Shown here: positions 23,551 to 37,020 of the stretch, piece after piece
Numbering within the stretch: position 1 is the stretch's first letter
Layout of the letters: every line of letters starts with the position of its first letter
DNA from: Octopus vulgaris
Taxonomy: Eukaryota
Assembly (NCBI GenBank): GCA_951406725.2
Contig: OX597816.1
Coordinates: forward strand, 154,008,001-154,072,000
Direction: 5' to 3'
DNA length: 64,000 bases
Program-made: the position numbers and the translations under genes
The notes under the pieces: generated by a model
Told to the model about the DNA's origin: nothing
Database searches by the model: none
What the model saw: only the letters and a program-made list of their open reading frames with translations

Positions 23551-26146
23551 GTAATAATATTATCTGATTTTCTTGTTTCCATTCATTTCTAATATTTTAA
23601 TGATCTAGTAACGTTTTCCATTTAAAATATTGTTGCCCTTAAGTTGAACCTCTCATACCCACAATGGCTAGCAAGTATAATGTAATGAAGTAGTTCATAG
23701 GGAAGCTTTTTATGCATAGTGTCTGATCTGCTGAGTAGAAGGAAAATCTCTCAATATAATCATTAAGCTGGTAACTTTTGTTCAAAGTTCTGAACCTTAG
23801 AACAACATATCATATTATAGACAAGTAAAAAAAAAAAAGTTTCCTAAGTGGAATAAATGAGTTTTTGTGAGAAAAAGAAGCGTGATATTTTTGTGCAGTA
23901 CTCTTTATAAAGAAAAATGAAATTTCATCTTTTATCTCTCATCTTTCTCTAACAAAAGATCCTTTCTAAAACATTAGATTTCTCCTCACAGCGAACTAAT
24001 CTATTTTGCGAGGTGAACTATTTTCATTATCATAATTTAACGTCTGTGCTCCATGCTGGAATAGATTGGATGGTTTGGCATGATCTGATGTTTCTAAGGA
24101 CTGCATCATATTCCAGTGTCTGTTTTGGCATGGTTTCTATTGGCTGGATGCCCTTTCTGATGCTAACCACTTTACAGTGCTTTTGCCAACATGAACCAGT
24201 ATATATTTTATCTAGTATACATACAATATATATATATATATATTTATGTATATACTCCGTAATTGATGATGACAATGACTACATTACATTCTGTAAGTGT
24301 TCCCAGTGAAAATAGCTAAGATACTTATGTCATGTTTGAGTGATTTGCAATATCAAAGGCATGCAGCTTTGAAATGTCTAAATTTATTTTAAAAAGTCGT
24401 TTAAACCATTCTAATATATAAACATAACTATAAATGCTTGTCTGTTATTTATCATTAAGGATTTAATATTCATCAAGTTATATTCTAACAAATAGACATG
24501 ATTTGTTCCTCTCCTAATGCCAGTAGCTTTATTATCATTTTAAAGTTTATTTTTCTATATTGATTAGTCAAAATTACAGAAATCAGCAATACATCATCGT
24601 TCTAGTCATCTTGATTCTACACCATATTTATATGATCCAATATTCATAAGTTTAACCTAGCTACTCTTTGCTCATGTTTATTTTGGCCTACCTCAAACAC
24701 AGACACTTTTCATAAATTATATAACTTGCATACACTGGACACTGACATTTACCTGCGTTTTCAACTTCTTCTCACTTAATCATTCTCAAATTAACTCATT
24801 ATTTTTACAATTGCTGCAGCTGTTTAACATTCAGTGCCCTTGTTTCACTGTCATTTGTTTTCATATTTCTTATATGCCTTTCATAGAAAGATAGAAATTC
24901 ATTGTCCCAAACAAATATTCTAAATTTTACTCAATTTATTCTCAATACTATATATGTTACAGAATATCAGAAGAGTCCATTGCTATCTGTGTGATCAATA
25001 ATAAAAATCTTTCACATTACAGCTAACAGATGCAGATAACATGGCCAGCTCACACATGCCCATGTTTGTTTTCCATTTTACATCTGTTTTTCATGCTAGT
25101 ATATTTTGAATAGATGTACATCATGGGATATTTTAACATATTTTCAAAGTTTGAATGCCTTCCTTAAAACCAATATTCCAATGGAAGTGTTGTTTTCCAA
25201 TCAGTATAAAAAGAAGTAATCAGCATTAAAAGAAGTAATTTTCCATCAGTTAAGAGCCCTTCTATAAAAATAATTAGTCTATCCTTTTACAAAGTGGTAT
25301 AGGCATAGCTGAGTGGTTAAGAAGTTTGCTTCCTAACCACATCATTTTGGATCCTATTTGCAGCATTAAGCAGTGTCCTTCATTTCCAATTTCTGTGTAA
25401 ACATGTCTGGCCATTGGAAAATATTACCTTCCTTAGAAGCCAATGAGCATTGGTAAAAGAAAGGATATTGCCTCAACAAATTCCATCTGATCTAAGCAAA
25501 CTTGAAAAAGTGGACATTAGAATAACTACGAAGTTGATGATTATAACAATGATAATGTTGATGATGATCATCTAAGCACACAGAGAATTTATATCAGTGT
25601 ATAACTTTTTACTAAATAAACGATACTATAGAAACAAAATCTGCTCAAGATAAGTATTAATATGACCATCAATTAAAAAAAAGTATTTAGCTGTTGTACT
25701 CCTGCGCCATGCCAAATATTCATCTCTATAACTTCTCCAAAGCATTTTACCTTAAAGTAGATAGATCCTGTTCAAATTCTTTTCTGAGAGTGTATGTTAC
25801 TGGCAGTCCCAATTGAGAAAATCCTTCCATCATAAGCATTTCAAACTTTTTTGTTTTTCTTATGCAAGGCTATGTTATCCAATATTATGTCCTTTTTTTA
25901 TGATTACACAGAGGTTCACACATTGGCTGATAATATTCCAGCAATATTAAAATCTGACAACTTTTCACCACTAGTCCACTCAACAGTGTAACTGTTAACA
26001 TTACATATGAATATTCTAACTCTAAATCACATTATTTTGTATTAAGCTTTTGTTATACCTCAGCTGCTGGTATTATTTTATTATAGATATTTATTACATG
26101 ATGTAACTAACTATTGTAACTCTAACTCTATTTTCACATCTTGCAG

Positions 26147-26245
26147 TTAATTACTTACAAAAATGGAGAAATTCAAGGGATAATGTTTACTGATATCTTT
26201 GAAGGAGTCTACCACCCTTCTGTATCATTATACAAGAATGCTACT
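26147..26245 (+). CDS. ASH2L: ASH2L internal exon
   Basis: ttgcag|TTA...ACT|gtaagt; 99 nt; [33 protein letters not shown] (cf. YKNG..QG...DIFEGVYFPAISLYK). Confidence 0.95.
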
Positions 26246-26336
26246 GTAAGTATTCATTTCATTATCTTGCATATTTCTTTCCTTTCTTCTAAATTTGTTT
26301 GCTGTGGATTAAGCAAGTTCAAAAAACTATATTTAA

Positions 26337-26549
26337 CCCTTTAGCATTCAGATTAATGTAATGTTTTTTTTTATTCACAGTGTTTTGAACTAATCACACA
26401 TTATCTTGTAGCTTTGAGATTTTGATGATGTAATTATTTATTTTTAGAATGACGTTATAGGTTAGGTGTGAGAGGCCAGATACAGCCAGTTTGAACATAA
26501 AATAGGTAAAATATTTAGGCCAGATGTGGATGGTTTAAATGCTAAAGAG
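26337..26549. mobile_element. piggyBac-type MITE in ASH2L intron
   Basis: TTAA|CCCTTTAGCATT ... AATGCTAAAGAG|TTAA. Confidence 0.85.
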
Positions 26550-27360
26550 TTAAAGGATTTGTGCACACTTCTAATAAAATTTACAGTGAGGTGGTCATCT
26601 GGATACTCAGTACTTATTTTGTTTTGATGACTACCCCTAATTATCATCTAGCTAGTTCTGACAATTGCTGCCCTTTTATGGGCTCACAACCCTGATACAT
26701 TCAGCATTATACTTTTCTTTCTCTTTTTTTTTATATATATAACTCTAACATACTCTTTCCAAGCTTTCAACAAATTTTAGTTTTTCAGATTATTCTGCAA
26801 ATGAGAATAAGTTGATCAGTATCTAATAGTTCTCCTGGATAACCCTCAAATACCACCTAAATAAAAGAGAATCAAAATCAATACATTAGTGGACTTGGGT
26901 ATAAACAGGGTTCATATTTTCATATTCTTGTTGTCAATGTTGTTGTTTTATTATGTGTTTAGGTGTAGGCTAGCTGTGTGGTTAAGGAGTACATTTCCCA
27001 ACCAACATAGTTTGGGGTTCAGTCCCACTTCATGGCACCCTGGGCAAGTATCTTCTATTATAGCCTCAAGTTAACCAAATCCTTGTGAATGGATTTGGTA
27101 CATAGAAAAATTGTGTGTGTGTTTGTGTTTGCATCTCTTTGTTGACATCACTTGAGAGTTGTAAATGAGTGTCACTGTCATACAAGCAATGTCACTTGTT
27201 TCCAATCTTCTATGAGAACATGTCCAATCATGAGGAAATATTATCTTACTTGGAAACATGTGAGGGTTGGTGACATGAAGGGTATCTGGCTGTAGAAAAT
27301 CTACCTCAATGAATTGTGTCTGCTGCTTACAAGTATAAAAAAGTGAATGTTTAAATGATG

Positions 27361-27391
<31 letters not shown>

Positions 27392-27414
27392 GTTTATTTT
27401 TATTTATATCCTAG

Positions 27415-27477
27415 GTCTCTGTAAATTTTGGACCTAATTTCAAATATCCACCTAAGGATTGCGGCCCCTACACACCA
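27415..27477 (+). CDS. ASH2L: ASH2L internal exon
   Basis: tcctag|GTC...CCA|gtaagt; 63 nt; VSVNFGPNFKYPPKDCGPYTP, the SPRY-terminal NFGP.FKYPP motif. Confidence 0.95.
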
Positions 27478-28369
27478 GTAAGTAATTCCAAAGTTTACAC
27501 TAATTTCTATTGTGGGGAATGGGGTTGGGGACTTGAAACTTTTATTTCAGTTATTTCTTTAAAGAAAATGTCTGGCATCAGAAGCAACATCATCAACAAC
27601 TGCAAGTCTCACAGGTGATGCCTATGATTGTTGTTACAGCTATTTCCAGCACACCACTTATTAGATTTCCAAACACAGCCAAAAGAGAAGACCAGAGGCC
27701 AACAATGTAGAGTACCAAGAAAGTAATAGATCTCCTTCAGTACAGGACCATCTAGAGCTCTTCATCATGAGGTTATAGGGCAGAGTGTAGCATAGAGAAA
27801 TATGGGAAACCATCAGAGATAGTGAAGAAGAAAAAGAGAGAGAACAAAAGTAAAAGAATGTGTCTTGTATAAAACCAAGTAGGCTACTTCAGATCCCAAT
27901 GAAAGAATCTCTGACTGATACAAATGTTGAAGAAGAGGCTATGTGCTGCTGATGGAAGAAGAGAAGGAAAACACTTACGTTGACATAAAATTCATTCAAA
28001 TGATATCCTTTTAGTGAAAACCCACACTAGAAGTCTATTAGCAGCTGGATATGAGCTACCGAGAGGATTTGGGAGACTTTGGGGGTTGGCCTAAATACTG
28101 ACAAGCAATTTTAAAAAGCACAGTATGCAGGAGGTGATCATAACTAAAGTAAGAGTCATGCAATGGCCTAATCTTTACTAAGTGGTGGGTGCTTCTTATC
28201 ACTGTTCAAGTAGGTTATCCCACTTTTTTTTGTCTTTTACTTAATACCTAATCTAAATATATTGTTTTTGCCCAACCCACTCTTTATCTTACACATATTT
28301 TGTAATTGCTTTTCGTATGGCATAGTAAATATTGATTGATCTTTGTGGCCATTATCATCATTATTATTA

Positions 28370-29046
28370 AGACGGTGAGCTGACAGAATTGTTAGCTTAG
28401 CAGGCAAAATGCTTGGTGGCATTTAACCCGTCGCTGTGTTCTCAGTTCAAATTTTGCCAGGGCCAACTTTGCATTTCCTCCTTTTGGGGTTGTGCCAAAA
28501 CATTGCATCCTTTAAAACCTACATGTTTCCTGAAATTCACTAAAACTACATTTGATATCCTCCACCCCTTCATATGCATGCACACATGTATATCATGACT
28601 CATACTTGACTTTTGTACATAATTCTGTGTACTGTACATGCACCTTTGATGAGTTGTAATGCACCTGAGCACTATACACAATAATTTCGCTGTGTTCTCA
28701 GTTCAAATTTTGCCAGGGCCAACTTTGCATTTCCTCCTTTTGGGGTTGTGCCAAAACATTGCATCCTTTAAAACCTACATGTTTCCTGAAATTCACTAAA
28801 ACTACATTTGATATCCTCCACCCCTTCATATGCATGCACACATGTATATCATGACTCATACTTCACTTTTGTACATAATTCTGTGTACTGTACATGCACC
28901 TTTGATGAGTTGTAATGCACCTGAGCACTATACACAATAATTTCATTATTATTATTGTAAAATAAATACCAGCTGAGTACTGGAGTTGATGTAATTTACT
29001 TATTCCCTCCCCCAAAATTGCTGGCCTTGTGTCAAAATTTGAAACT
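28370..29046 (+). mobile_element. SINE interrupted by a LINE-like 3' end with (ATT)n tail
   Basis: SINE head gacggtgagctgacagaa... breaks near 28490 and resumes near 28957 (aaataccagctgagtactgg...ggccttgtg). Confidence 0.7.
28431..28942. repeat. 256-bp tandem duplication
   Basis: 28431-28686 and 28687-28942; only one mismatch seen (cttgact vs cttcact). Confidence 0.95.
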
Positions 29047-29047
29047 A

Positions 29048-29055
29048 TCATCATC

Positions 29056-29102
<47 letters not shown>

Positions 29103-29113
29103 TATTATTATTA
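29048..29113. repeat. (CAT)n(TAT)n microsatellite upstream of the last ASH2L exon
   Basis: Direct reading; source of the poly-Met ORF. Confidence 0.95.
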
Positions 29114-29189
29114 TTCAAATTTGAAAACCATTGTTGTTGTTGCTATTTTGCTGTTATTATTATTATTGTCATCATCTCTTCTGTTGCAG

Positions 29190-29282
29190 ATGTCTAGGGC
29201 AGCTGGTGAAGCTATGGTGGAATATTCTTTGGCTGATGTTATCTATCATATTGAAAATGAAGGCAACACACCTGAATTTTGA
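29190..29282 (+). CDS. ASH2L: ASH2L terminal coding exon (DPY30-binding helix, stop)
   Basis: ttgcag|ATG...TGA; MSRAAGEAMVEYSLADVIYHIENEGNTPEF*, matching VVEHTLADVLYHVE; all four exons join in frame. Confidence 0.93.
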   Translation: MSRAAGEAMVEYSLADVIYHIENEGNTPEF

Positions 29283-29525
29283 TATTTACATTTTCATTTA
29301 GTCAAAGATTTCACCCGGGAATACTATTTCAGTTAGTTACCTGATCTTAGGATACCATTATTTCATATTTTTTTCCATATCATTATTATTTTTTTTTTTT
29401 ATTATCATTATTATTATAATTATTTAAGTATTAATATTTTACTGGAGTCAGTCTAAAGAGAAAGATGCCTTAGATATAACTGAAAATGTTTCATGACTCG
29501 GATGTCACTGGAAACTAACTTTGTG

Positions 29526-29531
29526 AATAAA
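29526..29531 (+). promoter_or_regulatory. Candidate ASH2L polyadenylation signal
   Basis: AATAAA about 245 nt downstream of the stop codon. Confidence 0.45.
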
Positions 29532-30124
29532 GTGTGTCAAGTGAGAAACAAGTCAACATACCAGCACAGCAGAGGCCATCACTCACTGAGCTATTGACAA
29601 TAGCTAGAAGCCACAGATATGAAGCAAGAGTAAAGCAAAAAGCTACAACGGGGAATCAAAGCCAAAGCTGTTGCTTATCATCTTTAAAAAATGTCATCAT
29701 TTTCTTAGATGTACATGATTCAAAACATCAAATATTTTTCATTAAAAACAAATTTTTTTTTTTTTTTTTATAATTTTATCATCTTTTAAAAACGTGTTTT
29801 TTTTCCATTGTTTTAATTGTTTTTCTGTTTAACAAATCATATGAAATATTTCCCAAATATTTTACTCTTTAGCTATTAAATTATTTTTTAAAATTTTTAT
29901 GTTATTGTCATCATCATCATCATTATCATAAAGTCCTTTTTTTTTCTTGCTTGCATAGACTGGATACATTGTTTCCAATACACTTGTTGCAGTCTTCTGT
30001 TATCCTCTTCCACATATTCTTTCCACTTGGATTGCTTGATACTTCTTTATCCAAGCACATCATATCTCCCTTCTAGATCAGTCCTCTCTCTCTTTCTCTC
30101 TCCATATATATATATAATATATAT

Positions 30125-30161
<37 letters not shown>

Positions 30162-30244
30162 GCTTGTTGTTTATACACCTGTCTTCGTCTTTTGTTTTTC
30201 TGTAAATTTCAACTATATATATATATATATATCACACACACTAC

Positions 30245-30700
30245 ATTTGGTTCTTCTTATGTTCAGTTTTTCTCTCAGCTCATTTGTGCTACATAATTTA
30301 TGCACACTAACATTACACAACTAACAGAATATGTTTACCTCATTTCCTTCCAGCCTTTACACATCCTCCACAATTAATGTCTAAGTTTTGCTACCATGCA
30401 GCATTGCACTTTATACGGAAGTACCATACAATCTACCCTGAACTTTTCCCTTCTTGTTCTTACTCTGGCCACTATTTCTTTGGAGCACCCTACTTCACTG
30501 CTGATTTGGTCACCTAGGTAACAGGAACTGTTAACTCCTTCTAAGGAACCTTCTGAGCATTTGATTGAATATATTTCATGAGTGTTCTTACTGCTATCAA
30601 CTCATTGCTTCTGATACTTACAAAATCAGCCTGTTTGTGACCTTATTACACTTCAGTGTAAACTCATAGCTTACATTAGGTGCACTGTATGGATTATGAA
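30245..30700 (-). mobile_element. Decayed RTE LINE fragment
   Basis: Similar to 6080-6560 (cactaacattacac, ttggtcacctaggtaac, catagcttacattaggtgc). Confidence 0.6.
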
Positions 30701-31265
30701 TGTTTTTATTTGCCTTAACTTAGCATAAAATAACTTTGGCATAAGGATGTAAGTTGAGCATCTGAATTACTGTACTTTATTGATCCACAGCAGAATGGTG
30801 AGGTACAGTACTCTACACTTTTAATGAACTCCTTGTGCTTTTATCAACTAACAATGATTTCTTCCTTAAACTCAGTGCCAATGTTTTAAAGGAGAGGGAG
30901 TATAGTGAAATAAATTAATCCTAGTATATTACTGCTACTTATTTTATTGAACATCTTAAGGGTTTCAGTTCCTAATGTTAAGGAACAGAACTGAATTATA
31001 TGGCAAAGTATTTAGTCTGACAAACCATTGCACTCAGAATAATGAATATTAATTAACCTGGAGTTGCATTTGTTTAACATGTGATTTGATCTCAGATCAT
31101 GTGTTGAAACTAAAGCAATTACAACATTATAGTCATTAACTACACTGTTAGTATTCATTTTTTTACCTACTTATTATTATTGTTGTTGTAGTAGTAGTAG
31201 TAGTAGTAGTAGTAGTAACCCTAATACTGTGCCTATGTAAAATTACTACTACTACTACTACTACT

Positions 31266-31800
31266 ATTATTATTATTGAGTGAGAGAGTGCATACCATCA
31301 AAGTGACACTTGGGTAAAATATATGAAGCCCAGTATACCCATTATGACTACCCATCTGATAAGGGTACACTAGGCACATGCATCACAACTATGTGCACAA
31401 TATGGTGATTTCGTATCAAGATAAATAGTGCATGACCTTGCAGGTGAGGCCCAGTTAGAATTTTTTTCAGTTCGAGTAACCCGTCCCACTCAAAAGGTCC
31501 TTGAATAAGGGTTGTTTAAGGATGTTGAATGAAACACCCATGTTTCCCAAAGGTGAATTATCTAAACCCTACAGAATTCCTCTCAACACATGGCTATGAT
31601 GCTCATGATCAGAGATGCACATATCATCAGCAACTAAGAGACTTGCTCAACTGGTTACAATCAAACAACTGACAAGCAAATCTGTGGTATTGAGCAGAAT
31701 ATTTGCTGTAGCCCATCTTTTATACCAAGACAAAACAATGTACATGATAACACTTCCGATCAGTTAAGATCAGAAGCATGAGAGCCACTGCCTGGTACTG
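31266..31800 (-). mobile_element. Unclassified interspersed repeat with (TAA)n tail
   Basis: Complex sequence block abutting an (ATT)n run and embedded between (CTA)n tracts; family not assigned. Confidence 0.45.
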
Positions 31801-31812
31801 ATACTACTACTT

Positions 31813-31845
<33 letters not shown>

Positions 31846-34549
31846 TTGTGGTTATTATTACATTGGCAACACTGTGCTTTACATTATGAGTTCAAATCCT
31901 GCCATGGCCAACTGCCTTTCATTCTTTCATGCTCAATAAATAAAATACCAGTCAAGTACTGGCATCGACATAATCAACTGTTTCCATCCTCATAAACATT
32001 TTGGCCTTGTGCCTGTTAGACATTATTACTATTATTTGAGAAGTGGATGGAAAAACTAGTGGAGCACTACATTAACTACTTTGTAGTGTTTAGTTCATCT
32101 CTACAGTCTGAGTTTATATCTTACTGTAGTCAACTTTGCCTTTATCTTTCCAAGATTGATAAAGAAATTACCAGTCAATCACTAGGTTTGATTTAAATTG
32201 TCTGTTTTCTCCTCTCAAAATTTCTCACCTTGTGCCTAAGCTAGAAATTATTATTAAAAATATATGGTTATATCTCACTTTCACAAGAACAGTGTAATTC
32301 TTTAAGGCAAAAATGCCAAATTTAAGAACAAGCATGAAAATTTGATCCTCAAACTTCCATTTTTATCATGCTCTCAGTGAATGTCTTTTAACAATTTATA
32401 CTGCTTTATCCAATTTAGTAACAAGCTCATTGCCAATAGAGCTTGTTATCTGCTAGTTATTCAGATAACACATGGAATTTCAGGAAGGTTATTAGTATTT
32501 GCTGTGAAAAAAAGTGTCAACTGAACAGAAGTTTATGGTTGCTAAGATGTGTGGCAATTGAGAACAAACAATCAATATGTTGTGGATATTAGATAAAAGT
32601 TTCTATCATTACTGTTATTTATAACAGGAAATATCCTATAGACCCAGTACCATTTGACAAATAGATATGTGATGTCTGCCATAACTAATTTAAGCAGATC
32701 TTCAGTGTTTAATTAGTATTTAGACATGATGAACGTAATAAAATTATTTAGGATATATTATTAATAACTTACATATGGTCTTTATTTAAAGATAGCTGGA
32801 AATGTGATTTTTTGGGAGAATCAACAGTTACATTGAGATGTATGTAATATGAACATATATGAAATTGAAATATTTCTTGGAAATAAGTTTGAGATTTGCT
32901 AAAGTTTGTTGAAAAAGATTAACAAGGAAGTATATAACTGAGCATAAACAAATTGGCAACTTTAAACAAACACATGTTTTATAGCAGATATTTCCTGCAC
33001 TAAATCTGTTTATATCTGAAGAAAAGAAGAATCTGTTGTTGGCTGTAAATTGTATCATGATCATAACAGCTGGGAACGAGAACTCTTGCACAATTTACAA
33101 ATATTTTTATCACTTAAACATAAAAAGAAACTTCTAGAAATTATTTTTTTTTTTTAATTTCTAATTTCAAACTGAGATTTCTTACTTGGAGTTACAAATG
33201 AGAGCTTAGAATTTTGTTTAATCCTTTTTCTGTTTCTTTGTTCAGGTGACCTTAGAGATTTAAGTTCAAGGTGAAATAATTATATTTATTTCTTGTGAGA
33301 AACTAAAGTATATGTATAATAAGAGCAGGGAGACAAGATAATCTTGCCCTCAGGTTATCTCAACTGTCACCTTCACTTTACATGAGATTGTACATTGAAA
33401 TAGATATAGTCACTCAACAATTCATTGGTCTACATTGGCTTCAATCAGATTGAAAATGATAACTTAAAAACTTAAAGTGAAATATGTCTGTTTTCTTACG
33501 ATAGCAAAAGAGTACAAATTTGAAGAAAATGCATACAGTTAATTATTTTGACTCTTAGTATACTGGTACTCATTTTGTTGACTCTCCAAAGGGATAAAAA
33601 AGTAACTTTAGCATGTTTCAAGCTTCACACTGACATCACTAAATATCACAGGATATTTCTGCCATCTCTGGCTGTATAGTTCATAAGCTCTCTTTGCAAC
33701 CACATGGTTTCGGGTTCTGTTCCACTGCACAGCACCTTGAGCAAGTGTCTTCTACTATAGTCCTGGGCCAACCAATGCCTTGTGAGTGAATTTGGTAGGT
33801 GGAAACTGTGTGGAAGCGCATTGAGTGTGTGAGTGTATGCGTTTGTTTACATCCCCATAACTTAGAAATTTGGTAAAAGGAGACCAATACCAGACTTAAA
33901 AATTATGTACTGGGATCAATTTGTTAAACTCTTCAAGGCAGTGCTCCAGCATGATCACAGTCCAATGACTAAAACAAGTAAAAGATAAAGATATATGTAG
34001 GTATGGTGGAACAAAGAGGTGAAATAGAACACAATACATAAGGGTTTATATATTTTGTTCAACTATAAAGTGACTCAAGGACCAAGAGTTTGATGTATTG
34101 CACTTATCAAACTTGATATGTGTAATACACAAGACTCTTCAGTCCTTGAGTTACTTATGTAACTTTACAACTGAATTATATGTGTACTCATCTCCATGAA
34201 CACATATGCATAGATACAGCACATTTGAAATAAAATATCATTTCATAAGTGATAATAAGAAAAATTTTAAATTATCTGAAAAAATTGTCTGTGATAAAAA
34301 AAAATATCTGTTAATAAAAATCCTTGTTTCTGGATTGCAATTTCATTCACTGTTGTAGTATTTTAATAATTTAAACTTCTGGTGCTTTATAAAAGTATTT
34401 TAAGTGACAGTCCTTATCTATCAGTTGCAATTGACAACTGCTCTGATTATCTTTTATAAGCCACATATTTAAATTATGTATTGTAATTGCCTGCTTATCC
34501 TTACACAAAAAAATTGTTATTACCATATTATTTGTGTGTGTGTGTGTGT

Positions 34550-35799
34550 AAAGCTAAGATCCAAGGACCAATGTGTAGGAAATTAGGAGAAGGGGATTCT
34601 TTTTAAGATTTTAGATAATGCTCCTGGTCACCCACAAAGCATCATAAATTTTGACCCCAACATTACCATCATATACCTCCTTCCGAACACCACATCTCTT
34701 CTGCAACCAGTGGATCAGGGAATAATTGCTATCTTCAAGTGTTACTATATGAAACGTATGCTGCAGCAAGCAACAGCTGTAACTGGTCTTGATGAGTTCA
34801 TCACACTTTGTGACTTTTGGAAGATATACAATATCTACAAAGCTGTACAGAACATAGCAGCGGCATAGAATGATGTACAGAGCACAGCTATGAATGGTGT
34901 GTGGAAGAAGCTATGCCTACAATTTATGAATGATTTTAAGGGGGTTTGATAATGTTGCATTCAACAAAACGTTGGTGATTACAAGCAAAGAACTGGAAAT
35001 GGACTTGGAAGAGGATTTCACAGATTTATTTGAAAAAGATAAGCTGTCCCTGACAAACAAAGATTTGATAGAGCTTCATGAGTAGCCAAATAAAGAAGAG
35101 GAAGTCAAACCTGAGCTACATCACTTTACTATTAAGAAAATGCAGCAAGCATTTGCATATATTGAAAAAGGTCTTTCTACATTCGTGGATATGGATCCAA
35201 ATGCTCAATGCATTTCCAAGATTATAGGGACTTGTCACGAAGCTTTTGCTCCTTATAATGTAATCTTTAAGGAAAAGAAGACAGTTCGAGGAACTCTCAA
35301 CCGGTTTTTTAAGCACATCAAACAACAATAACAGCCAGAGTTAGTTGTTGATGTTGACGATCCACAGCCATCTACATCTGCAATGTAAACCACCAAATTG
35401 TATGTACACATTGGTAAATTTTAAATCATTTATTTTTTTTACTATTGCAAAATAATAATAATTACTGAATTTGTTTTTTAGGCTTAAAAAAGGCTATTAT
35501 TTTACCAGGTCTTATTGCAAACCACATTCATAAATAAAGCGTCTGCAACATACGGTAAACACTGCCAAATTGTATTCGTAAATTTAGATTACTTTTTTTT
35601 ACGATACTGTATTAAAAAATAAAATTACTTGTCTGTAAGCTTAAAATAGGTTTTTATTAACCATGTATTATTGAAAATGCATTCATAAATAAAGTACAGA
35701 ACTGGGAATGGTTATTATCGGTTTAACCTAGAGACAAGTTAATTCAACATTAGTTGTGTCTCCTGAAACCAATTAACGACATAGGTTGAGGTATGCCTG
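34550..35799 (+). mobile_element. Tigger-like (TcMar/pogo) transposon, 3' half with decayed DDE transposase
   Basis: LDNAPGHP, PNTTSLLQPVDQGIIAIFKCYY, FWKIYNI, WKKL with stops; right TIR GAGGTATGCCTG|TA. Confidence 0.9.
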
Positions 35800-35804
35800 T
35801 ATAT

Positions 35805-36260
35805 ATTATATATACAACAAAGAATAAAAGAGGTAAGAAGTCCATGTGTTAAAAAAATATATAGTGAAGGCAATGAACAAAAAGAAAAAGACAACACAAA
35901 AGGGATTAGTTTAATGCTTAAAAAGGAAGGGAAATAGTCTTAACGTTTCAGATGCTAGTCCTTCATCAGAAGAAAAGTAAAAGTGGCATGGGAAAGGAAA
36001 AGTGGTTAAGAAGTGAGAGAGGGGAGAAAACAGAGTAGAAGATGAGCAACGTCGGAATATGGGGTGAGTCAAAGAAGAAGAGACAGGAGTATAACCATGT
36101 TTTGAGATGGGTGCTGTGTGTGTGTGTGATTTTGTGGCAAGTATGGAGGTATAGTGGTGTGATTGCTTGTGCATTAGTGTGAAAGTAAGGAGGTGGGAGC
36201 AGACATGAGTGAGGTAAAATGGATGAAAAGAGAAACTTGTTTTAAACACCTTAAAATTTC
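35805..36260 (-). mobile_element. Penelope-like element 3' end / pseudo-LTR, copy 1
   Basis: Pyrimidine-rich UTR on minus, hammerhead motif, T-rich tail ending in (TA)n; 35860-35980 is the reverse complement of 36865-37012. Confidence 0.65.
35938..35973 (-). ncRNA. Minimal type I hammerhead ribozyme motif
   Basis: UCUU-CUGAUGA-AGG(ACUAGCA)UCU-GAAA-CGUU-AAGA: intact core, short stem II, palindromic ACGU stem III, stem I UCUU/AAGA. Confidence 0.65.
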
Positions 36261-36419
36261 ATGCTTAGACATCTATTGGTTGCCTTCTAATTTTCATTTA
36301 TCAGCTCCTCATTATATGGACTTTTTCTTAATTTTTCTCATTATTTTCACTCACTCCTCTCCCTAAACTTGCTGGATTTTTTTTTTACATTTTTTCTCTT
36401 TCTTTGTTTTTCTTTCCTT

Positions 36420-37020
36420 ATCCCTTTGATTTATAGACTTTACATTGAATTCTGTTGCATTCCCCCTGCTCCTCTAAGTACCTCACAGGGCTTAAAAAAT
36501 GTTTTTCTTTACACCAGCACTGTAATTGTACCCTCTTGTTCATAATTTTCTTCCACATTACAGATCTCACACCCATACCCCTATTTACACTTCTGCCACC
36601 CCCTCTACATTCTTCTTGCCTTCCCTTTTATCTCACACTTATGCCTGCTCCCACCTCCTTCCATACCTTCTTCATACACCACTTAACAATTACACATACC
36701 AACACTCCCACACACACTAGCCCATGCCACTACTGTACTTGCATACTTCTGCACACTAAAATCTCACACTCCCTTTGTCCCTTGTGCCCATCTCAAAACA
36801 GATGCACTTCTGCATGTGCACACACACAACTACCCCTAATACCTTGTCTCTTTCCTCTCTCTCTAGCTACTTTTCATCTGATGAAAGACTAGCATCCAAA
36901 ACGTTAGGCTCTTTCTCTTTTGTTTTTTAAGTGTTAAACTAATACATTATTTGTTAAAACTTGTTTCTCCTGTGTTGTCTTTTTTTTTTTTTGTTCATTG
37001 CCTTCACTGCGTATGTGTGT
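36420..37020 (+). mobile_element. Penelope-like element 3' end / pseudo-LTR, copy 2
   Basis: QGLKKCFSL resembles the GIY-YIG terminal 'P.GLN' motif; pyrimidine-rich UTR; degenerate hammerhead at 36874-36909 (GAAA read as AAAA). Confidence 0.65.

Noticed and set aside
27570-28060. Possible piggyBac transposase N-terminal remnant
   Set aside because: Only a vague WKK...VDIKF resemblance; no catalytic motifs or TIRs
28863-29102. Poly-Met ORF
   Set aside because: (CAT)n tract read on the minus strand
31188-31266. (TAG)n / (CTA)n inverted arrangement
   Set aside because: Opposed microsatellites; trivial complementarity
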